Positions 28,449-36,333 of a DNA stretch of 64,000 nucleotides are shown here, one piece after another (within the stretch, counting starts at the first letter, position 1; each line of letters starts with the position of its first letter). The stretch is from a virus (taxonomy: Duplodnaviria; Heunggongvirae; Uroviricota; Caudoviricetes), in IMG/VR virus record IMGVR_UViG_3300046524_000235; one strand, given 5' to 3'. The notes beneath the pieces are model-generated. The model saw only the letters and a program-made list of their open reading frames with translations. It was not told the DNA's origin and searched no databases. The translations under genes and the position numbers were made by a program.

Positions 28449-30372
28449 TTTTCATCAAACCTTTTACTTCATCAAACAACTCTTCCTTCGTATCTGAGTT
28501 TTCTGACAGATACTTGTCAATCGAGTACGGCGTCTTGCCCCATAGTGGCTTAGGGTGTACGCTGTGGAAATGCTCAACTAATACTTTACGTTCTTCTTCT
28601 GGCAAGTGTGCATGTGAACCAAATCTAACTGCACGGCCTACTACTTGGTTAATCTTACTTGGGTTAAAGTGTGGCTCAAGTACCTGTACACGCTTCGTTC
28701 CCTTTGAATCCAGTCCTTCTGAACCTGAAGATGAGATCAACAGAATTTTCTTCCTACCAGAGTTGTAGTCCTTGACTAACTGGTCCTTCTCTGCTCTTGA
28801 CAGTGAACCGTCATAGACAGCGTGGTCAATCTTCATTTCTTGAAGTTTTTTGGAGTAGTCTCTTAGTCCAGCATCAAGATAATTTGAATACACAAGGGCT
28901 TTGAAGTTCTTATCCTCCGACATACCCTTTTGGAGGCTCTCTACGGCTTTGAGAATCTTAGGTGAGTACTCAGCCTTACCGTCGCTTGTCAAATGCCTGT
29001 AGCCGTTAGAAACCTGCCTTACGCCTGTTGAGAAAGCATTGAGGTTAGCCTTTTCTTTCTTGTCCAGTGGTAGATTGTGACGGATCTTCATTCTCAGCAA
29101 GAACGGAATCTTACCTTCAGCGAACTTGTAATACTTCTGCTGCTCTTTGGACATCGGTACTTCAACGATAGTCTCTGTCTTCTTCGGGAAATGCTTTGCT
29201 GCTTCCGGATCATCTTTGCTATCGTAGAAGCTTACGTACTGATTGAGAATTTCTTTAAGCTCTTTTCTACGGTCAAGTCTACGCACTGCTTCAGGCTTGG
29301 CTCCTAGAAGTCTATCTTTGAAGCCCGGCTTAATAATTTCTTCCTTCGTGTAACGATCATCCATTTTCTTTGATTCTTCAGGAAGAACGTTATCATTGGC
29401 CGCAATGTTTACAAGAGCGGATATATCAGAGAGTTTATTGTAATTGCCAGTAGCAGTAGCAAGTAAACGACGATCAGCACCGCTGATAATATCTCGGAGT
29501 TCTCTAGTACGTTTAGTGTTCGTATTACGGAGCCTGTGAGCTTCGTCTGCAACTGCGATAGAGTAATCATTTTTACGTAATTTGTGAGCATCAATAACAG
29601 CTTTCTCATAGGACATTACATCCAGTCGATCTCTGTCCAGTTTGATATTGTGTTTCTTGAGTTCCTTATCAACGTTCGTGACGAGACTGGCAGGAGCAAT
29701 GACCAACGCCCGCTTCTTCGGGTACTTCTCTTGATAGCGACGTACTGCCTCAAGGAACGTCTTAGTCTTGCCGCTACCAAGGCTGTGATGAAGGACGACG
29801 CCGTGTTCTTTATCCAAATGATCAAGGGCATCAGTTTGGTGGGGACGTAGATCATCTTTCTGTTCCTTCTTCTTGGCAATTTTTTCTAGGTATACGTTAC
29901 CACCAGCATAGTCGTCAAGCGCCCAAGCTCGTTTCTCAATAGAAGATTTGCGAGTTAAATATGGGCTCGTACTCTTACCCATACCAGTAATGTTTCTGAG
30001 AATCCAAGATTTTTCGTTTTCTTTAGTCGGTGATTTCTTCAGCAAAAACTTCTCACCATCTTTGGTGAAGATTACAAGCATAGTCTCTGTACTATGTGGA
30101 GCTACAACAGCTTTACGAACCCAATCTAAATACGTAGTTCCAGCACCGTATTGGCCTTTAGGGATTACTACCTTCTTGCTCAATGCGTAAGCACGATCAT
30201 GTACAGGCTGTTCAAAGACGCCAATGATTTCGCCTGGCTTCGGCATATCTTTAAGCGTTGCAAAAGAATACGCCTTGTCCTTGTGGACAAGCCTGAGGTC
30301 ATAATGAAGGCCCATGACATCAGCTTCGTGTCGTTGCCGGGTAAATAGAAATTCGTCGTTTGGTTGTAACAT
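28441..30372 (-). CDS. LigD-type 3'-phosphoesterase domain fused to SNF2-family helicase
   Basis: RQRHEA...HYDLRL...PVHDRAY...IPKGQYGAG (PE domain); HSLGSGKT, ADEAH, ATAT, QVVGRAVR (SF2/SNF2). Confidence 0.88.
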   Translation of the reverse strand: MLQPNDEFLFTRQRHEADVMGLHYDLRLVHKDKAYSFATLKDMPKPGEIIGVFEQPVHDRAYALSKKVVIPKGQYGAGTTYLDWVRKAVVAPHSTETMLVIFTKDGEKFLLKKSPTKENEKSWILRNITGMGKSTSPYLTRKSSIEKRAWALDDYAGGNVYLEKIAKKKEQKDDLRPHQTDALDHLDKEHGVVLHHSLGSGKTKTFLEAVRRYQEKYPKKRALVIAPASLVTNVDKELKKHNIKLDRDRLDVMSYEKAVIDAHKLRKNDYSIAVADEAHRLRNTNTKRTRELRDIISGADRRLLATATGNYNKLSDISALVNIAANDNVLPEESKKMDDRYTKEEIIKPGFKDRLLGAKPEAVRRLDRRKELKEILNQYVSFYDSKDDPEAAKHFPKKTETIVEVPMSKEQQKYYKFAEGKIPFLLRMKIRHNLPLDKKEKANLNAFSTGVRQVSNGYRHLTSDGKAEYSPKILKAVESLQKGMSEDKNFKALVYSNYLDAGLRDYSKKLQEMKIDHAVYDGSLSRAEKDQLVKDYNSGRKKILLISSSGSEGLDSKGTKRVQVLEPHFNPSKINQVVGRAVRFGSHAHLPEEERKVLVEHFHSVHPKPLWGKTPYSIDKYLSENSDTKEELFDEVKGLMKND

Positions 30373-30397
30373 TCTTGTTAGACGCCCTTTGAAAGGC

Positions 30398-30434
30398 TAA
30401 AAAAAGCCCAGACACATTATAACATGTCTAAGCT
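30398..30434 (-). terminator. Intrinsic terminator of 30445..31572, overlapping promoter-like elements
   Basis: Minus strand AGCTTAGACA-TGTTATAATG-TGTCTGGGCT followed by a T run. Confidence 0.7.
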
Positions 30435-30444
30435 ATTTTAAAAC

Positions 30445-31572
30445 TTAAGCTGTAAGTCTCTGGTGAGTTTCAGCGATTCGAGCCTTGATAGTCTCTACTG
30501 ATGAGCTAAGAAGGAAGAACTCTAAATCTTGCTTAGCGTAAATCTCTTGTTCGAACGCTGGTTTGAATGTCTTGAACATTACGTCTTCAGGAGTCCAGCC
30601 AGTTACTTCTTGGATGATGCTGTCGTTGTACTTTTCATTGATCAGCTTATACTTAGAAGCGCCTTCTATCGCAACGTTGTAATCTTTGTATGTAGCACGG
30701 TTCCAACCCTCCCAATTTTTAAGCATGTGCTTTCTGGCAGTTTCTGGAAGTACTTTAGGATTGTGGAGTGTATTCCAGTCAGAAACCTGAAGATATGCAA
30801 CTGCTTGTCTAAAAAGATCACAACCGAAGTAATCGCCTGGGCCTACGTACCGTTTATTTTCATCGAGAAAGAAATTGTTGAAGCTAATGTACTTGCCAGT
30901 CAGAAGCCAGCTTGTAATTTCTCCAGCATCTCGATATCGTGAATATAGCATATCCGAAAATGCTCTTCCACTCATCCCGAGTGCCTTAAAAACAAGATCA
31001 GCACTATGCGCTACATTGAAGCTTACCGGACCTCGTCCTGGGATGTTTTCTTCATATTCCAGATACAGAGACTCGCTTCCAATCTTGAACCCAGAACTCT
31101 TTAGTACAATATTGATTAAATCGTAAAGACCATCGTAACCGAAAAGAATGCTCTGAAGATTAATATCTACGCTGATGTGTCCTCGTGCCGTATCCTTCGC
31201 ATCTCCGAAGTGATACAATTTGATTTCAATACCTTCATTCATAAATGAAGTGCATTTATCAGTACGTCGCACTTGTTCAGGAGTTGAACTCAGGCCGAGC
31301 CTTGTTATAATTGCGGTAATAACACGTTCGTTAGATGCCCGTCTATAACTGTAACCATCTAAAGTATAGGAAAGAGGCTGAGTTGAAACTTCTGATCTGG
31401 TGGGAACGTAAAACTCTTTTAGTTCACGCAAATTTATACCGATACCAATTTCTGAACCAGCGTCTCTTACTACTTGATTTACATGGCGACGTATGAGACT
31501 CCGCTGATCATTGGTTTTAGGGCGTGGGGTCCAGTAGTCAGCTGGAGTTGCAGTTTGTGAAATATTAACCAT
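30445..31572 (-). CDS. Hypothetical protein (C-half resembles phage nucleotidyltransferase-like families; catalytic residues not seen)
   Basis: 375-aa ORF; GFKIGSESLYL...VFKALGM pattern; no G-D-x-D found. Confidence 0.5.
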   Translation of the reverse strand: MVNISQTATPADYWTPRPKTNDQRSLIRRHVNQVVRDAGSEIGIGINLRELKEFYVPTRSEVSTQPLSYTLDGYSYRRASNERVITAIITRLGLSSTPEQVRRTDKCTSFMNEGIEIKLYHFGDAKDTARGHISVDINLQSILFGYDGLYDLINIVLKSSGFKIGSESLYLEYEENIPGRGPVSFNVAHSADLVFKALGMSGRAFSDMLYSRYRDAGEITSWLLTGKYISFNNFFLDENKRYVGPGDYFGCDLFRQAVAYLQVSDWNTLHNPKVLPETARKHMLKNWEGWNRATYKDYNVAIEGASKYKLINEKYNDSIIQEVTGWTPEDVMFKTFKPAFEQEIYAKQDLEFFLLSSSVETIKARIAETHQRLTA

Positions 31573-31989
31573 ATGACATTACTCATTAAAGACAATGAAT
31601 TCTTAAAAGACTGGGCAAAGCTAGCCGGTGTCTCAATCGAATTCAAAGATGCAACGATGCTTCCGGGAACAGCATGGATAGCTGGACTCCCAATCGACAT
31701 TGCTATTTATAAAGGCTACCTTGTTTTAAACGCTGTTGGTGAGTTCGGCGGAACAGCAAAGACACTTGCGAAGAGTAAAAATAAAGGTAGAGGTACTTTC
31801 AAAAACTTATACCAACACCTCCCAGATTTACTGAAAAAGTACGGGCTGGGGGATCGTATCTATCTGACCCCGCTCAGCCCCGTTTGGGAAAAGAACTACA
31901 AACTAGTTGAAGCTACAGAGCCGCTGAAAGGGCACTGGTATTTCTTGCAAGTTGAGCAACCGGATCAAAGCCAAGAGTGCCAGCCTTAG
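31573..31989 (+). CDS. Hypothetical protein, possible GNAT-like fold
   Basis: KNKGRGTFKNLYQHL resembles acetyl-CoA binding motif A; weak. Confidence 0.45.
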   Translation: MTLLIKDNEFLKDWAKLAGVSIEFKDATMLPGTAWIAGLPIDIAIYKGYLVLNAVGEFGGTAKTLAKSKNKGRGTFKNLYQHLPDLLKKYGLGDRIYLTPLSPVWEKNYKLVEATEPLKGHWYFLQVEQPDQSQECQP

Positions 31990-32275
31990 CCATACGCACT
32001 TTGTAGTCTTCGAGAAGACCTTGATCTGCAGGGTGCTTTCCCTTGACGGTAGAGAGGACCGGAGTGGTCTTCAGGTCACGGAGAAAGGTCTCGTGAACAA
32101 CCACGATTTCAGCCTTGCTTCCGTGGACATTTCCAGATTCCTGGTAGCAACTCGTACGACGACGCTCACGCTCAGCTTCGACGCTAAACTGTTGAGCAGA
32201 GTAAATGTAACCGTCGTCAACCCATCCCATTCCGGGAATGTACTCTTTCATGCAAACTCGGTAAACTGCAAACAT
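31913..32275 (-). CDS. Hypothetical protein (paralog of 32298..32570)
   Basis: Shared YRV.M.E...G.G...DGYIYS N-terminus. Confidence 0.65.
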   Translation of the reverse strand: MFAVYRVCMKEYIPGMGWVDDGYIYSAQQFSVEAERERRRTSCYQESGNVHGSKAEIVVVHETFLRDLKTTPVLSTVKGKHPADQGLLEDYKVRMAKAGTLGFDPVAQLARNTSALSAAL

Positions 32276-32297
32276 AGCTTGTCCCTATGTGGTTGAG

Positions 32298-32570
32298 TTA
32301 CTTGCGGGTGAGATCGCCAGCGTGCTTACCTACTGGCGTCCAATACGGGTCCTTGTCACCAAGCTCCAGAAAGTCGTGAAACTCCTGGGTGATTTCTACG
32401 ATAACGATGGGGCTTGACGGAAACGAGTACTCTTCGTAATCTTTGGCTGCGTCGATCTCTTTCAACCTGGCTTCGAGCTTTTCTTTCGAAATGCTATAAA
32501 TGTAGCCATCAGGCCGCTGACCCCAACCAACTTCTGACTCGGTCATTTCAACTCTATATGCTGCTAGCAT
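32298..32570 (-). CDS. Hypothetical protein (paralog of 31913..32275)
   Basis: Shared YRV.M.E...G.G...DGYIYS N-terminus. Confidence 0.65.
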   Translation of the reverse strand: MLAAYRVEMTESEVGWGQRPDGYIYSISKEKLEARLKEIDAAKDYEEYSFPSSPIVIVEITQEFHDFLELGDKDPYWTPVGKHAGDLTRK

Positions 32571-32791
32571 GATTCCCTCAGTTTTCTAAGATTATCCAAA
32601 TCTTCCGGATAGATCGCTGACCCGAACATCTCAACCTCATCCCAATACATACTGGTAAGGATTTTAGCGTCGGAAATTGCACTCTCTCCCTTGGCAGTTG
32701 CGTAATGTCTCCCTTTAGGACACACTACAAAAACAAGTTCAGGAGTTGCACTGATAAGTCTGCATCTGTTGTGCGTAATTTCTTCAGCCAT
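32564..32791 (-). CDS. Hypothetical protein
   Basis: 75-aa ORF, GGAG RBS, downstream of promoter motif 32946. Confidence 0.55.
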   Translation of the reverse strand: MAEEITHNRCRLISATPELVFVVCPKGRHYATAKGESAISDAKILTSMYWDEVEMFGSAIYPEDLDNLRKLRESC

Positions 32792-32999
32792 TTTTCAACT
32801 CCTCTGCATGAGCCTCTGCGGCTTCAAAAGAAACGAAAGGTTTAGGAAGACGCTTACCGAGTTTGTACACAAACCAGGTTCCAAACTCGTAATCAACTTT
32901 GTACATGCTCGACTCCCTAAAGTAAGAACTATGTTCTGTAATTTACTTATACCAAAAGGAATGGTAATATGTAAAGATTGTTCACCGTCTTAGACAGAT

Positions 33000-33623
33000 A
33001 TGAAAACTTGCTGTAAATGTAAACTTGACTTAGATCTAAATTTTTTCAATAAAAACAAATCGTACAAAGACGGACTCCATATAGAGTGCAAGGAGTGTAG
33101 ACGAAAGTACAGAGAGTCTAGAAAAAACGAAATCGCTGAATACAATGCTGAGTATAGACTTAGTATGCCGGAGACTCAGAGAGAAAAATATAGAGCTAGT
33201 CAAAGAAACTATTTGGAAAATTTACCTCCAGAAAAAATAGAATTTAGAAAAAAATATCTACAAAATTACTTTAGAAATCTTTCTGAAGTTCAAAAACAAG
33301 AACGGTCTAAATATAGCAAATCGTATTTAAAAAACAATCTGCATAAACACGCTGCAGTACAAGCTAAAAGAAGGGCCTTAAAAATTATGGCAACTCCAAT
33401 ATGGGCTAGCAAAGAAATAATTGATGATTATTATTTAAGGGCAACAGCTTGGTCAAAGCTATCCGGAGAAGAGTTCGAGGTAGACCATATAGTGCCTCTG
33501 AAATCAAATGTAGTATGCGGACTTCATTGTCAACAAAATTTGACAATTTTATCAAGATTCGAAAACTCTTCTAAGGGCAACCGTTGGTGGCCAGACATGC
33601 CGGAACCCGAACCGTTAAAATAG
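33000..33623 (+). mobile_element. Free-standing HNH homing endonuclease
   Basis: N-terminal CxxC...CxxC, basic helical linker, VDHIVPL...GLH...NL...EN HNH core; lower GC than flanks. Confidence 0.85.
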
Positions 33624-33645
33624 GGAATAATTTTACCTACTTACC

Positions 33646-35472
33646 ATGACAGAACGTTACACAACAGCCGGTGCACTGAAGCTAAAGTCCGAACTACCTA
33701 CTCAAGAAGCGCGGGATAACTATGACGTGTATCGCCCTCTTGACAAGAAAGCTATTTCAGATCTCGTCAATGTCCTTTTAAAGCATGGCGGTACAAATAG
33801 TCACGAGACTATAAATGATCTTGGTAAAAAGTTCTTCGATAAAGCTACGGCCATCGGTGCTACAACTCCGCTAACTGACTACATCAACGAAAGTGATGAG
33901 CGACAAGCTATTATCGATGAATTTGAAACAAAGGTTCATCAGATTTTTGCTAAGAAACTTCCAAAGACTAAAGAGAACGATGAGCTTGGCGCATTGACTG
34001 GCGAATACAACGGAAAAATTGAAAAGCAAAATTTGGACTATCTTCTTTCTAAAGGTTCTACGGCCGCAAAAATGGCACGTACAGGAGCCCGAGGAAATCC
34101 AACTCAATTGGCTACTGGTACCTCAACTCCTTTGATGTCTATAAATTTGCGCGGTGAACTTGTTCCTTATGTTATCAAGAGTTCATTCGCTAAAGGGATG
34201 TCTCCGTCTGAGATGCTTGCAATGAGCTATATGGGCCGTGGTTCTACCGTACTGTCCCAGCTTTCAACTGCTCTTCCTGGCGCTCTATTCAAAGAACTTT
34301 CTCCGACTACTTTTCATGAAGTAATCACGGTAGATGACTGCGGAACAACTAATGGTATTCTGCTTTCCATCACAGATAAGAAAGGTGCTATTGGCCGGTA
34401 TGAGGCTGGCACTAATACTCTGATTGACGAACACTACTACAAAGAACTTGTTAATTCTGGCAAGAAGGGTATTAAGGCTCGTAGCTCACTTACATGTGAA
34501 GCTCATCAAGGCATTTGCAAAAAGTGCTATGGCCTAATGGCTAACGGTAAGCTTCCAGAAATTGGTGAAAACGTAGGTGTAATCGCTGCACAATCAGTTT
34601 CAGAAGTTCTTACGCAGTCGATGCTTTCAACCAAACACAAGGCGTCTGTTGGCGCTCGTAAAGGTAACTCATACGAACAAGCTTCAAACTTGCTTCGTAA
34701 CCCTGCCGAGAACTTCAAAGACGAAGCAACGATCACGAATATCAATGGCGTAGTTTCAGCAATTAAACAAACGCCTCTTGGTGACCATCAAGTATTCGTT
34801 AATGAACAGATGCACTTCGTACCCAGAGTACAGGGCCTGAAAGTAGCTGTAGGCGATAACGTCCTGAAGGGTGATGCTCTTTCAACTGGCGTTGTTAATC
34901 CTCGTAAACTGGTAGGCCTAAAGGGTCTAGGAGCCGGTCGTATTCACATGGCTCACGAACTACGTGGTATCTACGGTTCAGACCTTGATCCACGTCACTT
35001 CGAGTTGATTGCAAAGAATCTTATCAAGCACGTAGAAGTGCAAGATCCAGGTGAGACAGGCTTTCTCCCAGGCCAGAAGATTGACGTAAACACAGTTCAG
35101 AAGTACCTTACGAACACCGCTGGTGAAGTATCTCTTGACAAGGCTGAAGGAAAGCTTCTTGCAAGAGGCGTTCATGAACTTACTGCTGGTACATTGCTAG
35201 ATGGCAATCATATCAACGATCTCAAGAGCCACGGCGTTAAAACTGTTCACGTAGCCAATACTGGTCTGACAGTTACTCCGATTGTACCTGGTCTTAAGAC
35301 AGCTAAGCTTCTTGATGACAACTGGGTTTCAAAACTCTCATTCTCAGGTCTTAAGAATACGCTTCGTGAAAGCGCTGCAGTTGGTGCAGAATCAGATGTA
35401 CACAGCACAGAGCCTATCACTCCATACATTCTTGGTAGTGAATTTGGTGAAGGTCCAGGAGGCCAATACTAA
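33646..35472 (+). CDS. rpoC: Phage RNA polymerase beta' C-terminal segment
   Basis: TGARGNPTQL, DDCGT, RSSLTCEAHQGICKKCYG zinc site, GENVGVIAAQSVSEVLTQSMLSTKH trigger-loop region. Confidence 0.92.
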   Translation: MTERYTTAGALKLKSELPTQEARDNYDVYRPLDKKAISDLVNVLLKHGGTNSHETINDLGKKFFDKATAIGATTPLTDYINESDERQAIIDEFETKVHQIFAKKLPKTKENDELGALTGEYNGKIEKQNLDYLLSKGSTAAKMARTGARGNPTQLATGTSTPLMSINLRGELVPYVIKSSFAKGMSPSEMLAMSYMGRGSTVLSQLSTALPGALFKELSPTTFHEVITVDDCGTTNGILLSITDKKGAIGRYEAGTNTLIDEHYYKELVNSGKKGIKARSSLTCEAHQGICKKCYGLMANGKLPEIGENVGVIAAQSVSEVLTQSMLSTKHKASVGARKGNSYEQASNLLRNPAENFKDEATITNINGVVSAIKQTPLGDHQVFVNEQMHFVPRVQGLKVAVGDNVLKGDALSTGVVNPRKLVGLKGLGAGRIHMAHELRGIYGSDLDPRHFELIAKNLIKHVEVQDPGETGFLPGQKIDVNTVQKYLTNTAGEVSLDKAEGKLLARGVHELTAGTLLDGNHINDLKSHGVKTVHVANTGLTVTPIVPGLKTAKLLDDNWVSKLSFSGLKNTLRESAAVGAESDVHSTEPITPYILGSEFGEGPGGQY

Positions 35473-36254
35473 TGGCAGCTACAGGATCAGTTATCGATAC
35501 CTCGATTAAACAGATTTGTAGTACTACGATTAACAATTTACTTCAACAGTTCTTTGCTAATACCTTGGGCAAAGAAACAGACGTTGTAAAATTGATAATG
35601 GCTCAAATACAAACTGAGAGCCATTTCAATGTCAACGCTCAAGGTCCGTCCCTTAACCCTGTAAACTCATCTGGGGCAAGGGATTACATCAATGCTAGTG
35701 CTGTACAATCTGTGATTGGAAAGGGTATTAGCCAGCAATCGGTAAATATCGATCAAGGCTTACGAGCTTGGGGCGTTATGCAAAGTATGGGTTGGAACCA
35801 CGTCAAAGGCGGATCTCAGAAGCTAGGTAAGTGCCTAGTTGAAATAGCGAGACCAGACTTAGTTTCAAGACTTTGTGTAAACCCAGGAGAAAGTCTAGCA
35901 GCAAAGCTCAACGGTCAAAGTACAGTTGAGGACCAAATCCTTGCTGGTTTAGTTGTTCTTGAACAGAAGTACAAACTTGTGAAGCAAGCAGGTAATAAGT
36001 TTACAATTGGTCAGTTTACTTATGACAGTCGTATGCAAGCAACATTCCGAGGATATATCGGATTGGCTTCTAACGACAAGGGTAACGGTAGTTCTTCCGA
36101 AGCATACGTATCTACTATATACTACGGAGCTAACTTTACAAAAGCCAATGGGCCGGGTGGAGTAGCAGTAGCTAATAAGAGTGCAGAAGGCGCTGCAGCA
36201 GGACCCGCAATCACCGTTGCCTCAGGCGATAATAAGCATCCAGATGGGTGCTAA
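35472..36254 (+). CDS. Lysozyme-like (lytic transglycosylase-type) virion muramidase
   Basis: AQIQTESHFN catalytic-Glu motif and WGVMQ motif. Confidence 0.65.
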   Translation: MAATGSVIDTSIKQICSTTINNLLQQFFANTLGKETDVVKLIMAQIQTESHFNVNAQGPSLNPVNSSGARDYINASAVQSVIGKGISQQSVNIDQGLRAWGVMQSMGWNHVKGGSQKLGKCLVEIARPDLVSRLCVNPGESLAAKLNGQSTVEDQILAGLVVLEQKYKLVKQAGNKFTIGQFTYDSRMQATFRGYIGLASNDKGNGSSSEAYVSTIYYGANFTKANGPGGVAVANKSAEGAAAGPAITVASGDNKHPDGC

Positions 36255-36333
36255 AATCAAACGTAGACTAAATGCAGGTTATTCTGCTAAAATATCTGCA
36301 TAATTGAGCTTATATTTCAAAGGACTGTTATAA

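Noticed and set aside
30445-31572. Active nucleotidyltransferase
   Set aside because: The resemblance is limited to the C-terminal half and no catalytic G-D-x-D motif was found.
33000-33623. HNH as a group I intron-encoded ORF
   Set aside because: There is no upstream exon on the same strand; the flanking upstream genes are on the opposite strand.
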